64,000 bases of DNA. It comes from Candidatus Levyibacteriota bacterium (lineage in GTDB: Bacteria; Patescibacteriota; Microgenomatia; Levybacterales; GWA1-39-11). The position numbers and the translations under genes were made by a program. Under the pieces are notes generated by a model that was not told the origin of the DNA, searched no databases, and saw only the letters and a list, made by a program, of their open reading frames with translations. Position 1 is the first letter of the stretch. Each line of letters begins with the position of its first letter. Of the stretch, positions 47,992-59,063 are shown in pieces. The stretch is from the NCBI GenBank assembly GCA_036788695.1, contig DAIQMY010000001.1, positions 396,767-460,766 of the forward strand, in the 5' to 3' direction.

Positions 47992-49854
47992 ATGAAAGGA
48001 ATTTTTATATTCTTACTAGCGGTCCTGTTTTCTTTTATTTTTACAGGTTATGCAAGCGCAAAGTCTTTCTATTTTCCAAATGTAGTGATAGATATCTACA
48101 TTAAGCCTGATTCAAGCATTTTTGTTACAGAGAAACGGACGTTTTTCTTTGACGGACAATTTTCCAAGATATATTGGGATATCCCGCTTTTAAAAAACCA
48201 AGAAATAAAGAATGTAAAAATTTCTGAAGATGGTGGGTCTGGACATTTTTTATATGAGTATATAGCTGCCCCTGATGAAACCCGCCCTAGATATAAATAC
48301 TCAGCGCAAAGATTGGGTGATACAGAGCATATAGAGGCATATCACCAGAGTAATAGTGAAACAAAGAATTTTACGCTCTCATATGAGCTAACAAACGCGG
48401 TAGTAAGGTACGAAACGATTGCAGAGCTATATTGGAAGGTAATAGGTGATTCGTGGGGTGTAAAAACTGATAGTGCAGTAATAACTGTGTATCTGCCCAA
48501 AGCAGTCAATAAAGATGAAATACATATCTGGGCGCACGGTCCTTTAAATGGTATGTCAAGAATCGTTGATGGGCGAAAAACCGAATTTTTTGTTTCAGAT
48601 ATTCCTCCACAGACGTTTGTTGAAATTCGTGAAATATTTCCATCAAATAGTATAGATTCAGGTCCTGTTGGTACGGGTAAATCTATTAACTCTATAGCGC
48701 GTGAGGAGAAATCTTTTCAACAGACTACTTTATTCAAAGAACGGTTAAGGCTTTTATTCTTTATTCTATTCCCATTATTTGTTCTTGTATGGATTATATT
48801 CTGGTATAAAAAGTGGCAAAAATATGGAAAAGATTCAATTCCTGGTGTTCCAAAATATGTTCACAACCCGCCTAGTAGCCTACCTCCGGCTCTTGTTGAG
48901 GCTCTCGTTACTCAGAATACAAATATTTCAGCAAATTCTTTTACGGCGACACTGCTTGATTTGGCCAGGCGAAAGTATATAAAAATTGAGGCTGCCGAAA
49001 AGGTACACAATGGGTTCCTGGGAATAGGAAGAAGAAGGTCATATGAATATATTCTGCACAAGGATAATAAAAAATACGTATCAAAAAAGAAGCTATTGGG
49101 GTTTGAAAATGATGTATTGAATTTTGTCTTTTCATTTTCAATCGACCAACAATCCGTATCTTTTAATGATGTAAAGTCTGGGATGCGGTTAAATCCGGTA
49201 AAAACAAGAACTTTTTTCAGTGAGTTTAAAAAAACTTTAAAACAAGAGGCACAAGCTCGAGGATTTTTAACGAAAGAAGGAAATTATTGGAGAAAAAGAT
49301 TTATTATTTCAAACATAGTATTATTTGTTATCTTACTGTTTGTTGTTGGACTTAGTTTTAATATTCTCGGATTTGTTTTTCTTGAAATTATGATTTTTGT
49401 AGTTGTATTAGGGGGTATATTTTTGGGTGGCGTAGGAAACATTTTCTTGAATTGGGCTCATCCTGTTGAGCGTGAGGCGTTTGAATGGATATCATTTAAA
49501 AGATTCTTGCATGATTTCTCACGTTTTAAGAAAGAAATTCCTCAAGCGGTAATTATTTGGGAAGAAATGCTTGTTTATGGAGCAGCGCTTGGAGTTGCAA
49601 AAAAAGTTTCAGAATACCTACCTCTATTGCTATCCCAAAAAGGATCACATGCTCCTACCTGGTATTACACAACAAATATGTATGGAGAAAATATTCAATT
49701 GAATGGTAGTGGTTTTGATTTTGGCACACATTTTGCGTCTAGTTTCTCAGGTCTCACGGCATCCTTTAGCTCATCTTTTAGTACCGGGAGTGGTGGGGGA
49801 TTTTCTGGTGGTGGAGGAGGCGGAGGTGGTGGTGGCGGTGGTGGAGCTAGTTAA
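47992..49854 (+). CDS. DUF2207-family membrane protein with a C-terminal Gly-run
   Basis: Signal peptide, a large extracytoplasmic N-domain, TM segments, and a GGGFSGGGGGGGGGGGGGAS tail typical of DUF2207. Confidence 0.6.
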   Translation: MKGIFIFLLAVLFSFIFTGYASAKSFYFPNVVIDIYIKPDSSIFVTEKRTFFFDGQFSKIYWDIPLLKNQEIKNVKISEDGGSGHFLYEYIAAPDETRPRYKYSAQRLGDTEHIEAYHQSNSETKNFTLSYELTNAVVRYETIAELYWKVIGDSWGVKTDSAVITVYLPKAVNKDEIHIWAHGPLNGMSRIVDGRKTEFFVSDIPPQTFVEIREIFPSNSIDSGPVGTGKSINSIAREEKSFQQTTLFKERLRLLFFILFPLFVLVWIIFWYKKWQKYGKDSIPGVPKYVHNPPSSLPPALVEALVTQNTNISANSFTATLLDLARRKYIKIEAAEKVHNGFLGIGRRRSYEYILHKDNKKYVSKKKLLGFENDVLNFVFSFSIDQQSVSFNDVKSGMRLNPVKTRTFFSEFKKTLKQEAQARGFLTKEGNYWRKRFIISNIVLFVILLFVVGLSFNILGFVFLEIMIFVVVLGGIFLGGVGNIFLNWAHPVEREAFEWISFKRFLHDFSRFKKEIPQAVIIWEEMLVYGAALGVAKKVSEYLPLLLSQKGSHAPTWYYTTNMYGENIQLNGSGFDFGTHFASSFSGLTASFSSSFSTGSGGGFSGGGGGGGGGGGGGAS

Positions 49855-50660
49855 CTCTCTGGACACGTTCCATTATATAGATTTTCCGTACTACAGACAG
49901 TTCCATCGGGAAGCGTACATGTTGAATTTTGTATAGCAAGAGTTTGTCCGCCTAGCCATGCACAGTATTTTTGTCCCATCGTGTCATATCCAGTTGTTTT
50001 AACGCCTCCAACCGGACATTCACCTCGCATTAAAGCCCATTCTTCGCAGGCCATATTATCTTCAAATTGACATAGCCCATATTGTGCCCCATTCTTCAGC
50101 GTTTGTATAACTGTTGTGCCTCCTACTTTTTTGCAATGAACGGAGGCGGGATTTGGAAGCGAAGACTGATGCGCTGAAGAATCGTTTGAATTGGTATTTA
50201 TAGTATTACTAATAAATACTGAAACAGTCATGCTGCAGGGGCAGTTAAACTGAAGTGGCTCGTTTGGATTGTTTGAAGAAGGTTTTGTATTGTAGGAATA
50301 GAGAATAATACTTGTTTTTTCACTGTTTTGTTTTTTATATCCCCACACAGACGACCCAGGTCCATCTGCTGATAGTGAATTGTCAGGTATATATCCCAAT
50401 TTTTTTAACGCTTCAGCGTCTTCAAAATGTGGAAGCGTGGCCTGGCTTGTTGTTAATTTTCCCGAAAGCTTTACTCCATTTAAATCACCATAAGGGGTAG
50501 GTTCATTTGTTTTTTGAGGTTTCCCCCAAGTTGCCTGAGAAAGTTTTGCTTTTGCACTGACAAGAATAGATGCTGCATTTCTTTCATGTGCTGAGAAGAC
50601 AACTGGAAGAGTAAAAATGACTATACAAATACAAATTATTATAATTGTAATTTTTTTCAC
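49851..50660 (-). CDS. secreted protein with C-terminal DUF333 domain
   Basis: Proposed GTG start at 50660 gives MKKITIIIICICIVIFTLPVVFSAHE as a signal peptide. C-terminal NPASVHCKKVGG...CPVGG...YCAWLGGQ is a DUF333-type Cys pattern. The track ORF extends to 50918 and overlaps the divergent nuclease gene. Confidence 0.5.
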   Translation of the reverse strand: MKKITIIIICICIVIFTLPVVFSAHERNAASILVSAKAKLSQATWGKPQKTNEPTPYGDLNGVKLSGKLTTSQATLPHFEDAEALKKLGYIPDNSLSADGPGSSVWGYKKQNSEKTSIILYSYNTKPSSNNPNEPLQFNCPCSMTVSVFISNTINTNSNDSSAHQSSLPNPASVHCKKVGGTTVIQTLKNGAQYGLCQFEDNMACEEWALMRGECPVGGVKTTGYDTMGQKYCAWLGGQTLAIQNSTCTLPDGTVCSTENLYNGTCPES

Positions 50661-50739
50661 TAATGTATTGTAGACATGACAAAAGACGTAATGCAAGATG
50701 ATTATTGAGTGCAATATGAAGGTATAGTATAGTAAGAAT

Positions 50740-51597
50740 ATGAGGTTTACATACAGTTTTTGGGCATTGCTGCTTCTTTTAGTGGGTTCATCTATAGCTA
50801 TTTTTACCCTACCAAAAACAAATGTAGATAAGGGAAAAGGAGAAAAAACAAGTTCAGTTAAAGGGATTGGGTCTGACAGTTTGGAGGTAGAAACTATTAT
50901 AGATGGAGACACAGTCATTCTTGCAAATGATACAAGGGTGCGTCTTATTGGAATAAATTCACCCGAAGAGAATCAGCCTTACTACAAAGAGGCTAAGGAA
51001 AAATTGGAAGACTTGCTGAAGGGAAAGGTCGTGGATTTAGTTTCTGATGTGGATAAGGTTGATCAATATGGTAGGAAGTTGCACTATATATATCTTGGGG
51101 ATACGTTTATAAATTACGAAATGGTGAAGTCAGGACTCTCTATAGTTGAAACAATTTCTCCAAATGTTTCGCATGCTGAAGAATTAAATCAGGCACAGAG
51201 CGATGCGAGAGACAAATGCTTAGGTATTTGGGAAGGGCTTTGCAGACCAGAGATTTCGTCTTGTATCCAGGTATCAGGAATTATGCAAGACGCAAAAAAT
51301 GATGATTCAAAAAACAAGAACTCTGAGTGGGTAGAAATTATGAATACGTGTTCTTCGCAACACAATTTATTAAATTATTTAGTAAAGGATTCAAGTGCTC
51401 AAAATTCATACACCTTTAAGAACTTTGTATTAGGATCAAAAAAGCGCGTTAAGCTCCATTCTGGATGCAGTATAGATACAGCCACTGATGTATATTGGCA
51501 ATGTCCAGAGAAAGAGAATGCTGTGTGGAATAATTCAGGTGATAAGGTTTATTTATATGATAATATGGGGAAATTAGTCAGTTGGATAGGATATTAA
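50740..51597 (+). CDS. thermonuclease (staphylococcal nuclease-like, SNase) with a C-terminal extension
   Basis: IDGDTVILANDTRVRLIGINSPE...QYGRKLHYIYLGDTFINYEMVKSGLS matches the SNase fold motifs. N-terminal signal/anchor. Confidence 0.7.
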   Translation: MRFTYSFWALLLLLVGSSIAIFTLPKTNVDKGKGEKTSSVKGIGSDSLEVETIIDGDTVILANDTRVRLIGINSPEENQPYYKEAKEKLEDLLKGKVVDLVSDVDKVDQYGRKLHYIYLGDTFINYEMVKSGLSIVETISPNVSHAEELNQAQSDARDKCLGIWEGLCRPEISSCIQVSGIMQDAKNDDSKNKNSEWVEIMNTCSSQHNLLNYLVKDSSAQNSYTFKNFVLGSKKRVKLHSGCSIDTATDVYWQCPEKENAVWNNSGDKVYLYDNMGKLVSWIGY

Positions 51598-51699
51598 TTA
51601 TTCCACGAATATAATCAACTTCAGCCTCGTATTTGATTATTTGCGCAAATTTAAGGGGTTGACAATTAGCACACAGGATGCTAAACTGCTAAGCAGATT

Positions 51700-54099
51700 A
51701 TGGCACACGAAAAAGGTAAAAGAGAAAGACTTATTCCTGTAATCCCAATTCGCGACGGTATTGTTTTCCCCCACACTGAATCAATTCTTACATTTGGACG
51801 TCCAAAAAGCTTGGCAGCTTTGGAATCAGCCTTTGCGGGTGAAAGAATTGTCTGTTTTGCTCTTCAAAAAAATCCACGTCAAAACGATCCAACTTCAGAT
51901 GACCTGTACACAATGGGTACGGTAGCTCACATAGAGCGAATGATACGTACGGAGGGAGAACTAAACGCTCTTGTGAGAGGAATTTCTCGTGCTAAGATTT
52001 TATATTATGAGGATCATGGAAGTTACTTTCTTGCAAAAATTGAAGAACTTGAAGAAGAGGCAGCAGACAGTACTCAACTTCAAGCATTATCAAATCATTT
52101 AATTGCGGAATTTAAGAAAGCTTTAGGGTTGGGAAAACAGGCGGATTTTTTAGTTTTTATGAATATTATGTCTCAGATTACTCCCTCAGAGCTTGCCGAT
52201 CAGATAGCATCCACACTTGACATAAAAGGTTCAGAAAGACAGGAAATTTTAGAAACTATAGATGTTAAAAAAAGACTGGAGCAGGTATCGGAATTTCTGG
52301 CGCGTGAAGTAAAGGTTTTAGAGCTTGAGAAAAAAATAACAAACAAAACGCAAGAGAATTTTGAGAAAAGTGCAAAAGAGGCTATCTTAAGAGAGCGGCT
52401 TAAAACTATTCAGAAAGAACTTGATGATACTGATGAGACAGGTGAATTTAAGGAATTATCGGATAAGATAAAGGCAGCCGGAATGCCCAAGGAAGTTGAA
52501 GAAAAGGCACGGAAAGAATTAAAGAAGCTACAACAGACTACTCCCTATAATCCTGAAGCAGGATATATTAGGAATTATCTTGAGGCGCTTGTAGTATTGC
52601 CATGGAATAAAAAAACAAAGACTACCATAGATCTTTCAGAAGCAGAAAAGATTTTAGACATAGAGCATTATGGTCTCAAGAAAGCTAAGGAGCGCGTTAT
52701 TGAATATTTGGCCGTGCATAAACTATCTGGAAAGATGAAAGGACCAATTTTATGCTTCTCAGGACCACCTGGTGTGGGGAAAACTAGTATTGGAAAATCA
52801 ATCGCAAAAGCCTTGGGGCGTAAATTTGTCAAAGTATCTTTGGGTGGCATACGCGATGAAGCAGAAATTAGAGGACACAGAAGGACATATGTAGGAGCTC
52901 TTCCTGGTCGAATCATTCAAGGGATTAAAGATGCAGGCACAAAAAACCCTGTTTTTATGTTGGATGAAATTGATAAAGTAGGAGCAGATTATAGAGGAGA
53001 TCCGTCAGCAGCGCTTCTTGAGGCGCTAGATCCTGAGCAAAACAATGCATTTTCAGATCATTATCTGGATGTACCATTTGATTTGTCAGACGTTATGTTT
53101 ATAACAACCGCGAACGTATTGGATACAATTCCTCCAGCGCTTCGTGACAGATTAGAAATAATTCACTTCTCAGGATACACAGAACACGAGAAGTTTAAAA
53201 TTTCTAAAGAATTTTTAGTTAAGAAATTATTGGATTCCCATGGATTAAAACCCAATCAGGTTGAAATATCTGATGAGGCAGTAAAATACATTATAAGGCG
53301 CTACACTCGGGAGGCTGGAGTTAGATCTCTTGAGCGAGAATTATCATCAGTTCTAAGAAAAATAGCACGAACAGTTGCGGAAGGAAAGAAAGATAAAACT
53401 ATTATTTCTGCGCGAGACATAATAAAGCTTTTAGGTCCTGAAAAATTTTCAGATACTATAGCTGAAAAGAAAGATGAAATAGGTATGTCAACTGGTCTTG
53501 CTTGGACGCAGGTTGGAGGGGATATTCTATTTATAGAAGTCGCTCTCATGCCGGGTAAAGGTGGACTCATGCTGACAGGACAACTAGGGGAAGTTATGAA
53601 GGAATCTATGCAAGCATCAATGTCATATATTCGTTCACGTGCGACAAAGTTGGGATTAAAAGATAACTTTTTTCAAAAAATTGATGTACATATTCACGTT
53701 CCTGAGGGGGCAGTCCCCAAGGATGGTCCTTCTGCGGGAAGCGCAATTACAACTGCTATTGTTTCCGCACTTACACGCATACCGGTAAATCATTTAGTTG
53801 GTATGACAGGGGAGGTAACACTGAGGGGAAGAGTTTTGGAAATTGGGGGAGTAAAGGAGAAGGTTATTGCCGCTCATCGTGCTGGTCTTAGAAAAATAAT
53901 TTTACCAAAAGAGAACAGAAAAGATCTGGAAGATGTACCCCAAGAGGTTATGAAGGAATTACGATTTGTCTTTGTATCTCATATGGACGAGGTTTTAAGA
54001 GAAGCACTTACAAAACCAATTCCAGGCTTTATTGAAATAAAAGGAGAACACAGGTCTTCCCATAATATAACTCCTCTTCAGCCGACCCCTGCCGAATAA
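51700..54099 (+). CDS. lon: ATP-dependent Lon protease
   Basis: LON N-domain, AAA+ P-loop GPPGVGKTS, and proteolytic Ser motif [14 protein letters not shown] with a Lys dyad. Confidence 0.9.
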   Translation: MAHEKGKRERLIPVIPIRDGIVFPHTESILTFGRPKSLAALESAFAGERIVCFALQKNPRQNDPTSDDLYTMGTVAHIERMIRTEGELNALVRGISRAKILYYEDHGSYFLAKIEELEEEAADSTQLQALSNHLIAEFKKALGLGKQADFLVFMNIMSQITPSELADQIASTLDIKGSERQEILETIDVKKRLEQVSEFLAREVKVLELEKKITNKTQENFEKSAKEAILRERLKTIQKELDDTDETGEFKELSDKIKAAGMPKEVEEKARKELKKLQQTTPYNPEAGYIRNYLEALVVLPWNKKTKTTIDLSEAEKILDIEHYGLKKAKERVIEYLAVHKLSGKMKGPILCFSGPPGVGKTSIGKSIAKALGRKFVKVSLGGIRDEAEIRGHRRTYVGALPGRIIQGIKDAGTKNPVFMLDEIDKVGADYRGDPSAALLEALDPEQNNAFSDHYLDVPFDLSDVMFITTANVLDTIPPALRDRLEIIHFSGYTEHEKFKISKEFLVKKLLDSHGLKPNQVEISDEAVKYIIRRYTREAGVRSLERELSSVLRKIARTVAEGKKDKTIISARDIIKLLGPEKFSDTIAEKKDEIGMSTGLAWTQVGGDILFIEVALMPGKGGLMLTGQLGEVMKESMQASMSYIRSRATKLGLKDNFFQKIDVHIHVPEGAVPKDGPSAGSAITTAIVSALTRIPVNHLVGMTGEVTLRGRVLEIGGVKEKVIAAHRAGLRKIILPKENRKDLEDVPQEVMKELRFVFVSHMDEVLREALTKPIPGFIEIKGEHRSSHNITPLQPTPAE

Positions 54100-54170
54100 C
54101 AGTTTCTATTGTGAGGCTTTATCAGATGAATTATCGTCTTGGTGCTCTTTATCTTTAGGGAGAATTCAAG

Positions 54171-54644
54171 TTAATTAGGAGAACAGGTACCGTTATAGAC
54201 TGACGCGGTTGAGCAAATTTTTCCGTCAGGCATCTTACATTGTCCATTCTCCGATCCTTGGGGTTTTCCACCGCGAAGCGCACAAAAGACTTGAGCTGTT
54301 GTATCATAGCCAATAGAATGAACCCCACCTACAGGACACTGTCCATTGTAAAGAGAATAGAGCTCACAACTCATATCATCAGCAAAATTGCAGACATTGT
54401 AATATCCTGAGTTTCCTCGTTTTGCTGTGGTTACAAATCCACCATTTTCAATACACTTTGTATAAGCTGCTGATGCAACCGCTCCGGCCTTTGTAGGGGT
54501 GGAAGTTGAAGAAGTGGTGGCTCCAAGCACATTTGAGGCAGCACGAAGATTACCACCTAAAAGAAACGCTCCGACAATTAAAATTATTACAGCAAATACA
54601 CTAATAAACGCAAAAGAAAAAAAGTCAGAATTTTTCTTTGCCAT
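54171..54644 (-). CDS. secreted DUF333 domain protein (paralog of 49851-50660)
   Basis: NVCNFADDMSCELYSLYNGQCPVGG...DGKICSTASVYNGTCSP aligns with the C-terminus of the other DUF333 protein. N-terminal TM/signal. Confidence 0.55.
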   Translation of the reverse strand: MAKKNSDFFSFAFISVFAVIILIVGAFLLGGNLRAASNVLGATTSSTSTPTKAGAVASAAYTKCIENGGFVTTAKRGNSGYYNVCNFADDMSCELYSLYNGQCPVGGVHSIGYDTTAQVFCALRGGKPQGSENGQCKMPDGKICSTASVYNGTCSPN

Positions 54645-54777
54645 ATATTTACTATTCCAAATAGAAAGAAAGCTGTCAAGAAGGAAAATGTGGTTAAATG
54701 GCTGGGTGGGAACAGCCTTTCTTTATAGAATTGCAATTGAAAGAAAGACGGAAATATACTAAAATGCTTTTTGACGA

Positions 54778-55326
54778 ATGGAAAGTAATATTGAAAAAGC
54801 TATTATTGGAGCGCGGATTGAAGCAGAACGGAAAGCTAGCTATTATCAAGGAAAAAGCAGGTATGAGAAAGCCTACCATAAAAACTACGATAATAATCTA
54901 TCTGGATTCATAAATAGAAAAAAATATAGAAAAAGGCAAGAAAAACTTCAGGAAGACGAAGTCGCAGAACTAGAAAGTCTCTTTTATATGTGCTCTGTTA
55001 CAGATCTTTATTTTGGTGACAATAATTCATGGGTATTAAAAGCTTCAATGGATGATAGAGATATTGTTGTTAAGCAAAAAGAGAAGAATGGAAATCACTT
55101 TTTCTCTGTCTTGATAGATGGGAAAGTGCCACCAACTGAAGAAAAGTATAAAACCTATGCTAATAAATATTCTGGAGTAGTAGAGCGGATTAAATCTAGA
55201 TTAAGAAATCAGGAGTTATATAAAGAAGAAATAACAGAGGGCACAGGTGAAGAAATCTTGGAAAAACCAGCGGAGGGAAATCAAGCTAAGGATAAAAGTT
55301 CCAGGGATCATTTAAGGTTGCTTTAG
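54778..55326 (+). CDS. hypothetical protein
   Basis: 182 aa, charged, with no recognisable motif. Convergent with the next gene and overlapping it by 41 nt. Confidence 0.35.
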   Translation: MESNIEKAIIGARIEAERKASYYQGKSRYEKAYHKNYDNNLSGFINRKKYRKRQEKLQEDEVAELESLFYMCSVTDLYFGDNNSWVLKASMDDRDIVVKQKEKNGNHFFSVLIDGKVPPTEEKYKTYANKYSGVVERIKSRLRNQELYKEEITEGTGEEILEKPAEGNQAKDKSSRDHLRLL

Positions 55327-56131
55327 TGGTTGTATCTGAAACTCGTTTATATAAACCAACAACTCCAGGGTTTTCAGATAGATGCCATCCTAAATCAATC
55401 CAATCTTCATGTATCCCATAGTCACCCTCATCACCTATACTCAGAAGTCCAGATTTCTCATGATAAAGTGCTACAGGCGATAGAGCGTCACATTCTCTAA
55501 CTATACCTTTTCTTTTTAGAAATCTTTCTAAATCTGTGTAGAAATCAGGTCTTAAAATTACCCGTTTCTTTTCTTGAAGAAATGTAATCTCATCATCTGT
55601 ATCTGGTTCGTATTCATGCCTACGTATGGGATAGTTTTCTATAAAATCTCCAAATGTTATGTTATCGCTTAGCGCAAGAAATGGCAATTCTTCTGGTGAA
55701 TTTCTTTCAAATGCTAATTTATATAGTAACTCAATGTCTGTATCAGTGGGAGGAGGATTTCCTAAAAGTTCTCTGCGTACCACGTGAGCATTCCACAAGG
55801 AAGTTTCAATTTTATCTCCTAAATCTTTTAATTGAATTCTAGCAAGACCATTAGCGATGGGAAATTGAGGAAGAAGAAAGGCAGGATTGTTTGGGTCTGG
55901 ATACCATGCGCCAGCTTCAATTTCATATACGCCAGGAGTATCTAGCCTTCCAACAATTGGAGCACCTAATGGAGTTGTAATGTCTGCAAACTCATTAATA
56001 CTAAGAGGTAAGGTTGTTTGCACCGCTTTTAATTCTTCTGGATTTCGGGTATGTCTGTCCTTAAGTTCAAAAATTGATGGTATAGCCTGCAGTGTTTGTT
56101 TAAATAAGGGATTTAATTCAGGTGAAGCCAT
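55286..56131 (-). CDS. hypothetical protein
   Basis: 281 aa with no recognisable motif. Confidence 0.4.
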   Translation of the reverse strand: MASPELNPLFKQTLQAIPSIFELKDRHTRNPEELKAVQTTLPLSINEFADITTPLGAPIVGRLDTPGVYEIEAGAWYPDPNNPAFLLPQFPIANGLARIQLKDLGDKIETSLWNAHVVRRELLGNPPPTDTDIELLYKLAFERNSPEELPFLALSDNITFGDFIENYPIRRHEYEPDTDDEITFLQEKKRVILRPDFYTDLERFLKRKGIVRECDALSPVALYHEKSGLLSIGDEGDYGIHEDWIDLGWHLSENPGVVGLYKRVSDTTTKATLNDPWNFYP

Positions 56132-56387
56132 GGGGAGATTATATCACAGCATATCACAACGCTCATGGCAATTAAATTATTTTAGCCTTAAAATTGAGCT
56201 GGTTAGAGGAATTGTAAAAATTATCTTTAGTTTTAGTAAAGTGGCGCACTTGATCTCCTTCCAAAATGAACTTCGTTTCTATTACCCTCTTTGCATTTGG
56301 TGATCCCTAAAAAAAGCTTATGACCTACATATTCTCATAAAAAATCATATTCAAAAATCTAAAATAGTACTGTATAATAGTCTATTC

Positions 56388-58052
56388 ATGAAGCAATTAT
56401 CAGATCAATTAAAGTCAAATTGGAAATCAGGGCTTACAGTATCCTTTGTATCAATTCCACTTTCCATATCTCTTGCTATTGCTGCAGGTTCTACTCCAGT
56501 TGCAGGGATTGTAACTGCCATATGGGCAGGTTTTTTTGCTGCGCTCTTTGGAGGGAGCAGATTTAATATTGTTGGTCCAACAGGAGCTCTTTCGGGAATT
56601 CTCGCAACGTATGCATTTTTAAATGGAGCAGAAAGCCTTGCATTTTTAGCATTAGCAGTAGGAATTGTGATTATTATTTCTGGATTATTAAGACTTGAAA
56701 GATTCCTTATCTTTATCCCTGCAAATACTATACATGGGTTTACTCTAGGTGTTGCATTTATTATTGCAATAAACCAATTAAATGCTGCTCTTGGTCTTCA
56801 GAATATACCAGGTCATGAGAAATTTATTGATAATTTTTTTGAATCACTAAGAAATATTCAGTTTTTATCCATGGAAACGTTTATCGTTTTCGTAACCTTT
56901 CTTACAGGAATTTTAATAACTGAAAGGTATAGAAAAAGGATTAAACTTCTTGCAAATATACCCGCAACGGCACTTTTTGCCGTTTTAGGAGTTCTTATTG
57001 GGTTTTTGTCTTCTGAACACATTATATCTTTGAATATTCAGACATTAGGATCAAAATATGCACATTTATCAGGGCAGTTATTTATTCCTCCCCATCTTTC
57101 ATTTAACCTCACCGGAGGTTTTATTTCTGCAGTTCTCACCGTTTCTTTAATCGCAATTATTGAAACTATGCTATCTGCACGAATTGCTGATTCAATGACA
57201 AAAACAAAGCATAATAAGAAAAAAGAAATGTTTGGGCTTGGTATTGCAAATATTGCGTCTGGTCTTGCAGGAGGTATTCCTGCAACAGCAGCACTTGCTC
57301 GTACTTCCTTGAATATTAAAAGTGGTGCAACTGATCGCGCATCTGCTCTTGTAAGTTCTTTGTCGGTTGCCATAATCTCCCTTTTCTTACTTCCATACTT
57401 CAAATACATTCCAATGGCAGTAATAGCTGCTATCTTAGTAACCGTTGCTGTGCGAATGGTTGAACAAGAACATTTCGTGAGAATGTACAAAATAGACAAA
57501 AAAAGCTTTATCATCTCTATGCTCGTCGCTCTTGTAACAATTTATGAGGATCCTACTATAGGCATACTCTTTGGGGTGGCAATTTCGTTGTTTTTCTTTC
57601 TTGAAAATATATCTCAAGGAAGATTCGAGTTGGGAATTAATGACTTACATAAGAAAATGATTGCACAAATTGCAGGGAAACAAACTTACACGCTACACAA
57701 AAACTCCCACACAATCGTATATTCGATAAAAGGACATTTGACCTACATTGATAGTCAAGCTCATCTTTCACGGTTTGAAACTGAACATAAACATCATAAA
57801 AATATAATTTTAAGGCTTAGGGAATTAAGCTTTATTGATATAGATGGAGTAGATGCTTTTGAAGAAATTGTAAGTATTCTTGAGAGGCGCGGAATAGAAG
57901 TATATGTTACAGGCGTAAATGATTTCATACTTCATATGCTTCATAAGAGCAAGCATTTTATAGCTCTGCAAGAAAAAGGAAGGGTGTTTCCGCATACTAC
58001 AGATGCGCTGCGTTATCTGGGATTTAAAATTCCTGAGAAACACGTTATGTAA
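56388..58052 (+). CDS. SulP/SLC26-family anion (sulfate) permease with C-terminal STAS domain
   Basis: N-terminal transporter core (FGGSRFNIVGPTGALS) and a C-terminal STAS-like domain. Confidence 0.8.
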   Translation: MKQLSDQLKSNWKSGLTVSFVSIPLSISLAIAAGSTPVAGIVTAIWAGFFAALFGGSRFNIVGPTGALSGILATYAFLNGAESLAFLALAVGIVIIISGLLRLERFLIFIPANTIHGFTLGVAFIIAINQLNAALGLQNIPGHEKFIDNFFESLRNIQFLSMETFIVFVTFLTGILITERYRKRIKLLANIPATALFAVLGVLIGFLSSEHIISLNIQTLGSKYAHLSGQLFIPPHLSFNLTGGFISAVLTVSLIAIIETMLSARIADSMTKTKHNKKKEMFGLGIANIASGLAGGIPATAALARTSLNIKSGATDRASALVSSLSVAIISLFLLPYFKYIPMAVIAAILVTVAVRMVEQEHFVRMYKIDKKSFIISMLVALVTIYEDPTIGILFGVAISLFFFLENISQGRFELGINDLHKKMIAQIAGKQTYTLHKNSHTIVYSIKGHLTYIDSQAHLSRFETEHKHHKNIILRLRELSFIDIDGVDAFEEIVSILERRGIEVYVTGVNDFILHMLHKSKHFIALQEKGRVFPHTTDALRYLGFKIPEKHVM

Positions 58053-58075
58053 ATAAACAATTGGGTGTGAGCGCT

Positions 58076-58149
58076 GTGTAACCCAAATGCAAAGCCCTGA
58101 GCCTGTCGAATGACTACCATTAGGCATTAGAATATGTTTCGGGTTGAAT
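58076..58149. repeat. mosaic repeat copy A: head and tail modules only
   Basis: GTGTAACCCAAATGCAAAGCCCTGAGCCTGTCGAA...CTACCATTAGGCATTAGAATATGTTTCGGGTTGAAT matches the head and tail of copy B. Confidence 0.7.
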
Positions 58150-58153
58150 TGGT

Positions 58154-58786
58154 TTATCGCAAGCTGTTGGCACTCTGCAGTGATGCGACCCCCATTGGAT
58201 TTGTAACTCTACTTCTCAAGCCTCTTCCGTATTTCCAAATTTCAACAGAATCGTATCTTGTTAGGTACTGAGTCCAAGGAAGTGTATCTCGTCTTTTATC
58301 GTGAATTACCTCTCCTACTGTAAAGTTTTTATGAAGAAATCTTCCGCCCCCGTAGCTTGGTACTCTCCCACTCTCTAATTCGCGTTCTGAAAATGTTACA
58401 ATAGCATCTTTCCAAATACCATCCAGGTCTTGTTCCTCTGTTAACATTCCCCAATCATTCAAATGGTAACTTCGGAATTTGCCTTGTGTGAGACCAGTTA
58501 CTTTTAATATAGTTCCAATGGTGAAGTCACCAACATTAAAAGTTTGCCCTTCTGATAAAGTTCTTATTGGATTTTCTGATCTGTTTAATTGCGCAGCGAG
58601 CATTCGGTTAAAATATGGGGCTTCTATCATACCCATACTATCGCGATTAGCATGTTTGACCATGGCTCTCCAAATAACATCAGGAGTATATTGAGGCTTG
58701 GGTTCGCTTGACCATTGACAAGAATCTTTGAAGCTATGACCACTCCAATTTTCTTGAATTTCATTTTTTCTTATTCTCTCAGCCAT
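58154..58786 (-). CDS. hypothetical protein (210 aa) bracketed by repeat copies A and B
   Basis: No motif recognised. The flanking 10-bp GCAAGCTGTT occurs at both ends (58151-58160 and 58820-58829). Confidence 0.45.
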   Translation of the reverse strand: MAERIRKNEIQENWSGHSFKDSCQWSSEPKPQYTPDVIWRAMVKHANRDSMGMIEAPYFNRMLAAQLNRSENPIRTLSEGQTFNVGDFTIGTILKVTGLTQGKFRSYHLNDWGMLTEEQDLDGIWKDAIVTFSERELESGRVPSYGGGRFLHKNFTVGEVIHDKRRDTLPWTQYLTRYDSVEIWKYGRGLRSRVTNPMGVASLQSANSLR

Positions 58787-58833
58787 GAGGGTGATTTTAG
58801 CTCGATTTTATATATAAAGCAAGCTGTTTAACG

Positions 58834-59049
58834 TGTGACCCACATGCAAAGCCCTGAGCTTGTCGAAGGGTTTTCCTGTCCTGAGCTTGTCGAAGGGTTC
58901 TCGCCCTTTGTGCTCGCAGGGAACCAAATTCGAAGCTCTTTGGAGCAGTGGAAACAGGTCTTGCAGTCTGAGCGTATTTCAGCTTCTTTTTTAATTACCA
59001 TGGGATACTTGGTACGAATGGAAATTAGAATATGTTTCGGGTTGAATAT
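58834..59049. repeat. mosaic repeat copy B, full length (about 216 bp)
   Basis: Modules GTGTGACCCACATG, a doubled CCTGAGCTTGTCGAAGGG, TTCTCGCCCTTTGTGCTCGCAGGG, AACCAAATTCGAAGCTC, TTGGAGCAGTGGAAACAGGTCTTGCAGTCTGAGC, and tail GGAAATTAGAATATGTTTCGGGTTGAAT. Confidence 0.75.
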
Positions 59050-59063
59050 TCCCCCTTAGGTAC

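Noticed and set aside
49760-49850. GGTGGTGGAGG run that could look like a G-quadruplex or simple repeat
   Set aside because: It encodes the poly-Gly tail of the DUF2207 protein, which is a known feature of that family.
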